Position numbers and translations under genes: made by a program. Below are positions 8,653 to 16,636 of a DNA stretch of 37,549 bases, one piece after another (the first letter of the stretch is position 1; each line of letters opens with the position of its first letter). Below the pieces are notes generated by a model. That model was given only the letters and a program-made list of their open reading frames with translations. It was not told the DNA's origin and did not search any database. The DNA comes from an uncultured Ruminococcus sp. (GTDB lineage Bacteria > Bacillota > Clostridia > Oscillospirales > Ruminococcaceae): NCBI GenBank assembly GCA_964552995.1, contig CAZKJC010000002.1:1873-39421 (forward strand), written 5' to 3'.

Positions 8653-9495
8653 ATGATGGAACACATTAAACGTCTTCTGCTCTGCCGCAGAAACGGCGGC
8701 TTCACGCTGGCGGAGGTGATCATCTCCTGTGCGCTGCTTGGCATTCTTATTATGGGAATGTTCATGTTCGTTGCGCCGATCCTGGATACGGTCAACTCCA
8801 CAAACGAGAGCACAAGGGCTTCCAACGCGGCGGAATCGGTTGAGTATTACATTTCACGAAGCATAAGAAACGCGGCGTATATCGCGGTGCTGACCGATAC
8901 TAATTTCACCGACGTGCAGTCAAAGGCGTCCGACATTATCATGGCGCTTAAGGGTAAGGGCGGCGAAGCCAACTACAACCTTAAGTGCATAAGCATAAGG
9001 TACATGGCGGACGAAAAGTCGGGCAATAACAAGTACTTTATCTGCAACGAATCATTTTCTCCGGCAGGGACGCTTGACAGTGCTTTGACCGAAAAGGTAT
9101 TTGATTCCTGCTATTTTGAAGGCGTCTACCCTAAGGTCGCTCTGACGCAGGTTCAGCAGGAACAGGACGACGGCTCGAAAAAGAATATGCCGGCGGTCCA
9201 GATCAATGTTGAGGTATATGATGACCCGCAGCTGCGCAAGGATGGCGGCAACGGATACAGCGGTCTTGTTTTCTCGGGAACGGGCTATACCATTCTCAGA
9301 AATATAGAGCTTTCGCAGCAGGATAAGACTCTTAATCAGCCTTTCAACATAGTTAACTCCGGAACCATAGGCAAAGAGCTCGGAACCCTGCCCGTATCAC
9401 TCAGCTCGGGCGACCCCGATGACGAATCCAAAGAGATGGAGACCTACATTTTCTATGTGGAGAGAACCCTGGCGGTAACTACTCCCACGACCTAA
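8653..9495 (+). CDS. Type IV minor pilin (prepilin N-terminal cleavage/methylation domain)
   Basis: RRNGG|FTLAEVIISCALLGIL. Confidence 0.9.
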   Translation: MMEHIKRLLLCRRNGGFTLAEVIISCALLGILIMGMFMFVAPILDTVNSTNESTRASNAAESVEYYISRSIRNAAYIAVLTDTNFTDVQSKASDIIMALKGKGGEANYNLKCISIRYMADEKSGNNKYFICNESFSPAGTLDSALTEKVFDSCYFEGVYPKVALTQVQQEQDDGSKKNMPAVQINVEVYDDPQLRKDGGNGYSGLVFSGTGYTILRNIELSQQDKTLNQPFNIVNSGTIGKELGTLPVSLSSGDPDDESKEMETYIFYVERTLAVTTPTT

Positions 9496-9503
9496 CGCTA
9501 AAG

Positions 9504-9535
9504 AAAATTCGGGGCGAGAGCCGCCCCGATATTTT
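9504..9535. terminator. Bidirectional terminator between the pilin operon and pilD
   Basis: AAAAT-TCGGGGCG-agagc-CGCCCCGA-TATTTT between convergent genes. Confidence 0.8.
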
Positions 9536-9550
9536 CTATCAAATCGGAAA

Positions 9551-10597
9551 TCATACCGCGGTGAAAAGCGAAACGTACCACTCGGTTATTACCGAGCCGT
9601 AAAGCCACGCCGCGGAGATTCCCACCGCGAGAAAAGGTCCGAATACCATTCTGCGCGAATATTTGACCTTGGTGATGATATCCTCTTTAATGAAGATCTT
9701 AAATCCGCCCTCGCGCTCATCGGTAATGCTTTCGCGAAGCGCCCTGCTCAAAGCCGCCTTGTCGGGGAGCCCTTTCCAGACGTTCTCGTCCAGGAATTCC
9801 CATTCGATATCCGGCTCGCCGTCGCTGATGCTGCCGACAACAATGTCCTCATGACCCTCGCTCACATAGCCTACGTCCTTGTCAAGCTGATCCTGATACC
9901 AGTCGGTAACAAGAGCCTTGATCTTTTCCGCGATCTGCTTTTCGGACTTTCTGTCGCGTATCTTCTTGACCGAGCCGTAGATTGCTCCCAGGACGATACC
10001 GATGAAAAGCGCGGGGAAAACGTCGAATCCGAGAAGAAGCGACGAGCCGAGCATAAGCTGGAGGTCTCCGCCGCCCATTCCGCCGATAAGCACCAGTATC
10101 ACGAACAGGACGCCGACAACTCCCATAGCCACCAGGCGCTCCCACCAGACGATCTCCTTGAACAGGAAGAACGCCGCGATGCCCAGTACCGCAACGGTAA
10201 TGCTGCACCAGTAGGGTATCTCGTAGTGGTCGATATCAATCCCGCTGAGCACTATGAGCACCGCGAAAAGTATGACCGCGGCGGCGAACTGAAGCGAGAA
10301 TCCGTACCGCAGAAAAGCCAGCAGATAGCTTACCGCGCAGACCGCCTCGATTATCATGTAGCGCGGCGATATCTTAGCCTTGCAGAAGCGGCATTTTCCG
10401 CGGAGTATCAGCCAGCTGAAAATGGGAAACATATCGTACCATTTCAGCCTGTTGCCGCAGGAAAAGCAGTGAGAGGGCTCGGTTATGATCGACTGCTTGA
10501 GCGGCGTGCGCAGTATCACCACGTTCAGAAAGCTCCCTATAACGGAGCCGAAAATGAACACCAGAACGCAACATACAATATAAATTGGAAGTTCCAT
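9551..10597 (-). CDS. pilD: Prepilin peptidase (A24) with N-terminal Zn/methyltransferase domain
   Basis: GSFLNVVILR, SHCFSC, GKCRFC, catalytic Asp motifs IDID and GMGGGD, C-terminal FGPFL. Confidence 0.95.
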   Translation of the reverse strand: MELPIYIVCCVLVFIFGSVIGSFLNVVILRTPLKQSIITEPSHCFSCGNRLKWYDMFPIFSWLILRGKCRFCKAKISPRYMIIEAVCAVSYLLAFLRYGFSLQFAAAVILFAVLIVLSGIDIDHYEIPYWCSITVAVLGIAAFFLFKEIVWWERLVAMGVVGVLFVILVLIGGMGGGDLQLMLGSSLLLGFDVFPALFIGIVLGAIYGSVKKIRDRKSEKQIAEKIKALVTDWYQDQLDKDVGYVSEGHEDIVVGSISDGEPDIEWEFLDENVWKGLPDKAALSRALRESITDEREGGFKIFIKEDIITKVKYSRRMVFGPFLAVGISAAWLYGSVITEWYVSLFTAV

Positions 10598-10627
10598 ATA
10601 AAAACTCCTTTCAGTTTTTGTATCTAT

Positions 10628-10656
10628 ATTGTAGCATATTTTTACCGATATTTCAA
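10628..10656 (-). promoter_or_regulatory. Sigma-A promoter of pilD
   Basis: Minus strand reads TTGAAA-17 bp-TACAAT with extended TG. Confidence 0.65.
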
Positions 10657-10769
10657 GTCGTTTTGACGATCGGTCGATATGATTTGATTTTTAATACGCG
10701 GTATGACCGCGGCAGCTGTTATCCGGAACGATCCTCCGGAAATAGTAACCCGAAAGGAAGAATTTGTAA

Positions 10770-12467
10770 ATGCAAATGCCTGCAAGAAATGTGCGAATCG
10801 GCGACCTTCTCGTTGAGCATGGTTTCATAAACGAGAAGCAGCTTCAGGACGCGCTCAATAAGCAGAAGGAAAGCGGCGGCAAGATGATCGGTGAGATCAT
10901 ACTCGAGATGGGGCTCGTTTCGGAGACCCAGCTCGCGCAGGCTCTTTCCATACGTCTTAAGGTGCCCTTTGTCGATCTGGCGGCAGTCAAGATCAACACC
11001 GAGGCGGTCATGAAGATACCCGAGGAGATCGCACGGGAAAAATGTGTGCTCGCCTTCGATATCAACAACAACCGCCTGCTTGTTGCGACAAACGATCCTA
11101 TAAACTTCTACATTTTTGAGGATTTAAAGGTTCGCACGGGAATGGACATAATCCCGCAGATATCCACAAGGACCGCCATTGAGGAGGCGATCGGCAAGTT
11201 CTACGCGTCACAGGCGGTAGACAGCGCCGTTGACGAGCTCGCCAATGAGCGTATGGCGGATACCACCGCCGTGGAGGCGGAGTCCTCGGAGCGTATCGAC
11301 AACGCGCCTATCGTTAAGCTGGTCAATATGATGGTAGAGACCGCGTTCAGAATGCAGGTAACGGATATTCACATAGAGCCGTTCAAGACAAGAACAAGAA
11401 TACGCTTCAGAATGGACGGCGAGCTGGTGGAGCAGGACATGAAGGTCCCGATATCCTTCCACAACTCAATAATTACCCGTATCAAGATACTCGGCGGAAT
11501 GAATATCGCCGAGAAAAGAATACCGCTTGACGGACGTTTCGGAACGGTCATCGACCACGTAAACCTGGATATGCGTGTGTCGACGATCCCCTGCGTATAC
11601 GGCGAGAAATGCGTTATACGTCTGCTTTCCACAGCGGACGACAAGACCCGCAAGATCACCGACCTCGGTATGACGGACTACAACTATGAGATGTTCAAGC
11701 AGATAATCCGCTGCCCCAACGGCGTTATGCTGGTTACGGGACCTACCGGTTCGGGTAAGTCCACCACGCTGTACGCTACACTCGGCGAGCTGTCACAGCC
11801 TAATGTAAACATAGTTACGGTAGAGGATCCTGTCGAGAAGAAGATCGACGGCGTAAACCAGTGCCAGATAAACGACAAGGCGGGTATGACCTTTGCGGCG
11901 GCGCTGCGTTCTATACTGCGTCAGGACCCCGACATCATAATGGTCGGAGAGATCCGTGACGGCGAGACCGCGGATATCGCTATACGTGCGGCTATCACGG
12001 GACACTTTGTGCTCTCGACCCTGCATACCAACGACGCGGCTTCCACCATCATACGTCTTGTTGATATGGGCGTAGAGCCGTATATGGTAGCCTCATCACT
12101 GGTAGGGATCATCGCGCAGCGCCTTGTAAAGCTGCTGTGCAACGAGTGCAAGGAAACTGTGGTGCTCAGCGACCCCGCGGACCTGCGGCTCGTAAGCAAG
12201 ACAGAGCCCGTGAAGATATGCGTGGCGCACAAGGGCGGCTGCAAGAAGTGCCGCGGTACGGGCTACGCGGGACGTACCGCTATACACGAGATAATCGTTT
12301 GTACAAACGACATAAAAGAGCTTATCTCAAAGGGCGCGACAGCCGAGGAGATCGGCGCGCAGGCCACCCACAACGGCACGCTGCTGCTCCGCGACAACGT
12401 AACGCAGATGGTACTGGCGGGAAGGACAACAATGGACGAACTGGTAAAGGCTACCTATACCGTTTAA
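10770..12467 (+). CDS. pilB: Type IV pilus extension ATPase (GspE/PilB) with MshEN N-terminus
   Basis: DIHIEP, GPTGSGKSTT, TVEDPVE, LRQDPDIIMVGEIRD, STLHTND, tetracysteine Zn motif; N-terminal RIGDLLVEHGFI...LQDALNKQ. Confidence 0.96.
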   Translation: MQMPARNVRIGDLLVEHGFINEKQLQDALNKQKESGGKMIGEIILEMGLVSETQLAQALSIRLKVPFVDLAAVKINTEAVMKIPEEIAREKCVLAFDINNNRLLVATNDPINFYIFEDLKVRTGMDIIPQISTRTAIEEAIGKFYASQAVDSAVDELANERMADTTAVEAESSERIDNAPIVKLVNMMVETAFRMQVTDIHIEPFKTRTRIRFRMDGELVEQDMKVPISFHNSIITRIKILGGMNIAEKRIPLDGRFGTVIDHVNLDMRVSTIPCVYGEKCVIRLLSTADDKTRKITDLGMTDYNYEMFKQIIRCPNGVMLVTGPTGSGKSTTLYATLGELSQPNVNIVTVEDPVEKKIDGVNQCQINDKAGMTFAAALRSILRQDPDIIMVGEIRDGETADIAIRAAITGHFVLSTLHTNDAASTIIRLVDMGVEPYMVASSLVGIIAQRLVKLLCNECKETVVLSDPADLRLVSKTEPVKICVAHKGGCKKCRGTGYAGRTAIHEIIVCTNDIKELISKGATAEEIGAQATHNGTLLLRDNVTQMVLAGRTTMDELVKATYTV

Positions 12468-12488
12468 CCCAAAAAAGGAGAAAGACAA

Positions 12489-13577
12489 GTGGAACCGAAC
12501 AACAACATTATGGACATCAACCGCATACTGGACGAGGCGAGGCAGCTCGGCTGCTCGGACCTTCATTTTACGGCAGGACTGCCGCCTATCGTCCGTCTGC
12601 ACGGCTCGATCAAGAAGCTCCCGGGATATCCCGACTGCACGGAACCGATAATCGTCAATATTATCAATCAGATCACCTCGATCAAGCACAAGTCGCAGAT
12701 ATCAAAGGGAATGGACACGGACTTTTCCTATGTGTCCACCTCGGGATACCGCCACAGAGTCAACGTGTACCGCCAGCGCGGCTATCACGCGGTGGCGCTG
12801 CGTCTGCTGAGAAACGATATACCTACGCTTACCGACCTCGGTCTGCCCGCAACGCTTGGGGAGTTTTCGCTCGCGCCGCGCGGACTGGTCCTGGTAACGG
12901 GGCCTACCGGCTCGGGTAAATCCACCACGCTCGCGGCTATGATCGACCATATCAACCGCCAGAAGAACTGCCACATAATCACGGTCGAGGACCCTATCGA
13001 GTATCTGCACACCCATAAGCAGTCGATGGTGAATCAGCGTGAGATCGGGCAGGACGTCGATACCTTTGCCGGCTCGCTGCGCGCCGCGCTCCGTGAGGAC
13101 CCCGACGTTATACTCGTAGGTGAGATGCGTGACTTCGAGACCATCAACGCGGCGGTAACGGCGGCGGAAACGGGACACCTTGTATTCTCCACCCTGCATA
13201 CCACCGGCGCCGCGGAGACCATCGACCGTATTATCGACGTTTATCCCCCTCACTCGCAGGGGCAGATACGCTCGCAGCTCGCAAACTCCATTGTCGGTAT
13301 CATCTCTCAGACCCTTGTGCCCACCGCGGACGGAAAGGGGCGCTGCGCGGCTCTTGAGATACTCGCGGCAACGGACGCTATCCGCTCCATGATACGCGAG
13401 GGCAAGATATTCCAGGTTCCCACCGCTATCGCGACCGGTAAGAAAAACGGAATGTTCACCCTCGACCAGGACCTCGCCCGCCTTGTGCGTATGGGCAAGA
13501 TCACCGACGAGGTGGCAAGGACAAGGTGCCAGGATCCCGGCGAGTACAAGAGATACCTCGAAATGGGCGGCGCTTGA
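12489..13577 (+). CDS. pilT: Type IV pilus retraction ATPase
   Basis: SDLH, GPTGSGKSTT, LREDPDVILVGEMRD, AAETGHLVFSTLHT, AIRSMIRE (AIRNLIRE motif), GMFTLDQ. Confidence 0.96.
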   Translation: MEPNNNIMDINRILDEARQLGCSDLHFTAGLPPIVRLHGSIKKLPGYPDCTEPIIVNIINQITSIKHKSQISKGMDTDFSYVSTSGYRHRVNVYRQRGYHAVALRLLRNDIPTLTDLGLPATLGEFSLAPRGLVLVTGPTGSGKSTTLAAMIDHINRQKNCHIITVEDPIEYLHTHKQSMVNQREIGQDVDTFAGSLRAALREDPDVILVGEMRDFETINAAVTAAETGHLVFSTLHTTGAAETIDRIIDVYPPHSQGQIRSQLANSIVGIISQTLVPTADGKGRCAALEILAATDAIRSMIREGKIFQVPTAIATGKKNGMFTLDQDLARLVRMGKITDEVARTRCQDPGEYKRYLEMGGA

Positions 13578-13598
13578 TGTCCGATTTCGGAAATATTC

Positions 13599-13625
13599 AG
13601 CCCCCGGAGATCGGGGGCTCAGTTT
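13599..13625 (+). terminator. Probable terminator after pilT
   Basis: AGCCCCCG-gagat-CGGGGGCT stem; weak U tract. Confidence 0.6.
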
Positions 13626-13658
13626 ATTGAAAAAACAATTATGAGTGAAGCGCTTGAA

Positions 13659-13735
13659 AATTGATAATGTATAATGGATAATTGATAATTTAGGTGCGCC
13701 GCCAGCGGCGGCGATTATTTTATGGCAATACCGCA
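13659..13735. repeat. Half copy (inverted) of heptamer-armed palindromic element family B
   Basis: AATTGAT-AATGTAT-AATGGAT-AATTGAT then AGGTGCGCCGCCAGCGGCGGCGAT matches the reverse complement of ~20805-20861. Confidence 0.8.
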
Positions 13736-13793
13736 TAAAGCGCGCAGCGTGGTCTTTGTGTGGTGTTGCCTTAATATTGAGGATAAATTTCAA

Positions 13794-14177
13794 ATGAACA
13801 GAGCGGTGCGGCTGGGAAAAATTAACATAAAATTACTTGAAGAAGAGTTTGGGAAAATAACAACAGATGAAGTAATCATCAATTATGAGCAGCTTGCTCA
13901 TATTCAGAAAAGACACCCCTGCGACTATGAGCTGTTTCGGGAGTACGCATCAGAAACAGTGCGGAATCCCGATATTATCATAAAGGATTGTAAAAACAAG
14001 GGCACTGTATTTATGGTAAAAAGAATAGGCGAAACTAATTTAAACGCAATCGTCCGTCTGGTTCTTGTTGATGATGACCAAGATTATCTGAATTCTGTTA
14101 TGACTTTTTATCGAATAAGAACAAAAAATCTGATAAAACTTAAAAACAAAAATAAAATTCTTTACAAATCCGAATAA
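13794..14177 (+). CDS. PBECR2-like (phage Barnase/EndoU/ColicinE5-D/RelE fold) putative RNase, 127 aa
   Basis: Pattern LGKI...EVII...HIQKRHP...NPDII...VRL...NSVMTF...ILYKSE recognised as the BECR-fold PBECR2 family; ATG 13794 after GAGGA; AT-rich relative to neighbours. Confidence 0.75.
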   Translation: MNRAVRLGKINIKLLEEEFGKITTDEVIINYEQLAHIQKRHPCDYELFREYASETVRNPDIIIKDCKNKGTVFMVKRIGETNLNAIVRLVLVDDDQDYLNSVMTFYRIRTKNLIKLKNKNKILYKSE

Positions 14178-14189
14178 ATGTGTTATAAT
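14161..14189 (+). promoter_or_regulatory. Sigma-A promoter overlapping the 3' end of the nuclease gene
   Basis: TTTACA (14161-14166)-17 bp-TATAAT (14184-14189) with extended TG. Confidence 0.85.
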
Positions 14190-14195
14190 CAACAT

Positions 14196-14328
14196 AGGAT
14201 ATAGGTAGGTACTTTGAAGTAGAGATCGTGCTGCTATTACACCCTTTGGGTCAAAAGAGATGTGGGAAGGGGCACACCCACCTTAGTACCGGATCCGACG
14301 CCCTCCGAGTCAAATCGGGGGGCGTTTT
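14196..14328 (+). ncRNA. Putative structured small RNA (multi-stem junction with loop-loop pseudoknot) downstream of the PBECR2-like gene
   Basis: Own promoter and terminator, no RBS-led ORF; GGTACT/AGTACC closing stem, hairpins AGTAG/CTATT, ACCC/GGGT, GTGGG/CCCAC; loops GTGCT and GGCAC complementary. Confidence 0.75.
14298..14328 (+). terminator. Intrinsic terminator of the ncRNA/cassette
   Basis: ACGCCCTCCGA-gtcaaa-TCGGGGGGCGT followed by TTT. Confidence 0.85.
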
Positions 14329-14498
14329 AAGCATTAGCTAAATGCGGACTTATCCGACAGGACAGCTATTGCGCCAAACACAAATATCTGCACGCCACAA
14401 GCTGTCAATAAATTGTGCGACTTGCATAAAATGAATCAACAATAACTAAAATTTATAACGAAAATACTTGCGGACGAGGGGAATTTTCAAAAAACCTC

Positions 14499-14527
14499 TT
14501 GCAAAAAAAGCTCTCTTATGGTATTAT
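14499..14527 (+). promoter_or_regulatory. Sigma-A promoter of the two-pilin operon
   Basis: TTGCAA-17 bp-TATTAT with extended TG. Confidence 0.65.
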
Positions 14528-14636
14528 AATTATAATAATTAATAAAATCGGCTGATTATTCTCTCGGAGGAGAGAATCCTGGCAGAGAACGAACGGTTTA
14601 TATTCGGATGTTCCCCCGATCGCAGGAGGTGTTTCT

Positions 14637-15272
14637 TTGGTCAAGAAGCTGAGCGTCTTAAAAGCCGGGCGGGGTTTTACCCTTGTGGAGCTTATCGTTG
14701 TCATCGCGATAATCGCGGTGCTTGCGGCGCTGATAACTCCCGTTATGATGGGGTATGTTGAGAGCGCGAACGTGCAGTCCGCCAACAATACCGCCGCGAA
14801 AATATGTCAGTTTGTAAATACTTTCCTCGTCACCTGCGACGTTGAGGAGCGGGGAATGAGGCTCAGTTCAAGCAATACGGCCACCTACAAAATAACCATA
14901 AGCGGTACCTCATGGTCTTTTGAAAGCGAGGGAACGTTTGATGGGAGCAATTTCAATCAGAGCGGTACGCCGTGGGTGGGCAGGACTTCAAAGCCCATAG
15001 GACAGGGCGAGACCGACATAGAATGCGCGGAGGACGAAATGGCGCTGCTGATGGCGGAGTCATTCCCGCCCGTAAAGGACGCGAGCGGATGGGTGTATCT
15101 TGAGGGCGGAAAGTGCTTGTACTGCTGGTTCGCGCGCGGCAGCATTTCGGCGAACGTTCCCGCAAAGGACGATTTCGTGTCGGGAGAATATGCGTGGAAC
15201 GGCAGCAAGGACGGAGTTAACGCGGACGGAGTGCTTGTGGGGACCTACCCGCCGCTTCTTATGCCAATTTAA
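14637..15272 (+). CDS. Type IV pilin (candidate major pilin)
   Basis: GRG|FTLVELIVVIAIIAVLAALITP; TTG start after GGAGGTG; C-terminal GVLVGTYP. Confidence 0.9.
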   Translation: MVKKLSVLKAGRGFTLVELIVVIAIIAVLAALITPVMMGYVESANVQSANNTAAKICQFVNTFLVTCDVEERGMRLSSSNTATYKITISGTSWSFESEGTFDGSNFNQSGTPWVGRTSKPIGQGETDIECAEDEMALLMAESFPPVKDASGWVYLEGGKCLYCWFARGSISANVPAKDDFVSGEYAWNGSKDGVNADGVLVGTYPPLLMPI

Positions 15273-15292
15273 ACGGAGGTAGTCAGGGAGTT

Positions 15293-16099
15293 ATGATACG
15301 TTATTTACAGCGGCTAAAGGCAAAAAAGGGCTTTACAATGATAGAGCTTATTATAGTGATCGCTATAATCGCGGTGGTCACCGCCGTCATACTTTCCAAC
15401 GCTGGAACGGAGAATGAAAGGATCCAGGCTGCCAATAACGCGGCGCGGGATTTCTATTCGACCGCCCAGTATTCCTTTACAAAATACATGAAGTATGAGT
15501 CTGATCTGTCCATTGCGATAGCCGAGGAAAACAAGGGCAAGACGAACGATTCCGATAAGATCATTATGTATTACCCCTCGATAAACGGCAACTACCCCAC
15601 CAACAAAACGACATTTGTAAAAATGTTTATCAACAGGAACCAGATACAGTATGTTCAGTCGTTCAAATCACTGGGGGAAATGCTCAGCGAGACCTCTACA
15701 AGCTGTAAGAGCAAGTTCGACGAGCTGCTGATGAATGATTTCGACACGGTAATGGAGTCCAATGTAGACGGCTATTATTATGCGCTTATCACCTTTAACG
15801 GATCGGCTGCGTCCTCCGCAAATGTGAAATTGGCTCCCGTTAAGGTACACTCGGCTTACTATTGCGCGAGACCTTTTGCGGGGCTTGCCGGCGACGTTAC
15901 AACATATCGTGTGAATAATCTTGAATTTGAGGACTATTGCAGATTGTCAAGCGGCTATATCTGCGGAGTGTGCTCCAGCGCGAAATATGACGAGGACAGC
16001 GACAGCTCCACTCCGACCGTTTTCCTAGGCAATGAGGACACCTACTTCATGGGCGCGACCGACTCGGGCGGCGAGCTTATTGTAACACTGGGCAACTGA
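15293..16099 (+). CDS. Type IV pilin
   Basis: KAKKG|FTMIELIIVIAIIAVV. Confidence 0.9.
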   Translation: MIRYLQRLKAKKGFTMIELIIVIAIIAVVTAVILSNAGTENERIQAANNAARDFYSTAQYSFTKYMKYESDLSIAIAEENKGKTNDSDKIIMYYPSINGNYPTNKTTFVKMFINRNQIQYVQSFKSLGEMLSETSTSCKSKFDELLMNDFDTVMESNVDGYYYALITFNGSAASSANVKLAPVKVHSAYYCARPFAGLAGDVTTYRVNNLEFEDYCRLSSGYICGVCSSAKYDEDSDSSTPTVFLGNEDTYFMGATDSGGELIVTLGN

Positions 16100-16111
16100 T
16101 AAAACAAAAAC

Positions 16112-16137
16112 GGCGCTCCCGCAAGGGGGCGCTTTTT
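16112..16137 (+). terminator. Intrinsic terminator after the pilin pair
   Basis: GGCGCTCCC-gcaa-GGGGGCGCT followed by TTTT. Confidence 0.85.
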
Positions 16138-16198
16138 GTGCCCCAACGCTCCGCCTGCCACAAGATAGGCGGTTGTAAAAAAAATTATCGAAAATTGC

Positions 16199-16225
16199 TA
16201 AAGTTTTTGATATGTTTGACGATAT
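16199..16225 (+). promoter_or_regulatory. Sigma-28 (FliA/SigD)-type promoter of the flgM operon
   Basis: TAAA-15 bp-GACGATAT versus consensus TAAA-N15-GCCGATAT, upstream of late flagellar genes. Confidence 0.75.
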
Positions 16226-16311
16226 AATATATAGAGCTATTATCAAAGGGATAAGTATGCGGCAAAAACCGAAGCCCGAAAGTATAGCTTAAAAAGCGGC
16301 AACATAACAAA

Positions 16312-16622
16312 CGCCGATCAGAAGCAACGCTTGAAAGACAACAACAAAGCGCCCACGCAGCGAATTTTTTCGCAACAAGCTGTGAAAGCGCAGCAAAGCG
16401 GAGCTTTTACAGCGCGGTAGGCGAACGGAGTTCGCCGGTGCGAAAAAATTTTTGAAATGAAGGCGAACGGAGTTCGCCGATCAGAAGCAACGCTTGAAAG
16501 ACAATAACAAAGCGCCCACGCAGCGAATTTTTTCGCAACAAGCTGTGAAAGCGCAGCAAAGCGGAGCTTTTACAGCGCGGTAGGCGAACGGAGTTCGCCG
16601 GTGCGAAAAAATTTTTTGAAAT
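16312..16622. repeat. Tandem duplication (163-bp period) of structured element family C in the flgM leader
   Basis: 16312-16458 and 16475-16622 are nearly identical; GGCGAACGGAGTTCGCC hairpin occurs three times. Confidence 0.95.
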
Positions 16623-16636
16623 AAGGAGGCAAGTTT

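Noticed and set aside
10653..10680. Possible sigma-28 promoter for pilB (TCAA-16-GTCGATAT)
   Set aside because: Mismatches in both boxes and overlap with the pilD -35 box; too weak to call
12702..13793. Long antisense ORFs, e.g. 12702-13793, 17558-18511, 19016-20740, 31642-32742 (-) and 9851-10666 (+)
   Set aside because: Shadows of well-supported genes on the opposite strand, expected from biased codon usage
13722..13793. Upstream ATG for the nuclease ORF
   Set aside because: Lies in repeat-derived sequence without an RBS; ATG 13794 follows GAGGA
14196..14328. tRNA, riboswitch or CRISPR interpretation of the small RNA
   Set aside because: No T-loop/anticodon cloverleaf or repeat-spacer pattern; the downstream pilin has its own promoter about 170 bp after the terminator, arguing against a cis riboswitch
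5149..16099. Shufflon or diversity-generating retroelement acting on the pilins
   Set aside because: No recombinase or reverse transcriptase gene, and I saw no repeated inversion sites or template/variable repeat pair
16226..16311. c-di-GMP-I riboswitch upstream of the flagellar operon (GGCAAAAACC...GAAA)
   Set aside because: The paired P2 stem and GACGCAAA/tetraloop-receptor elements are not present
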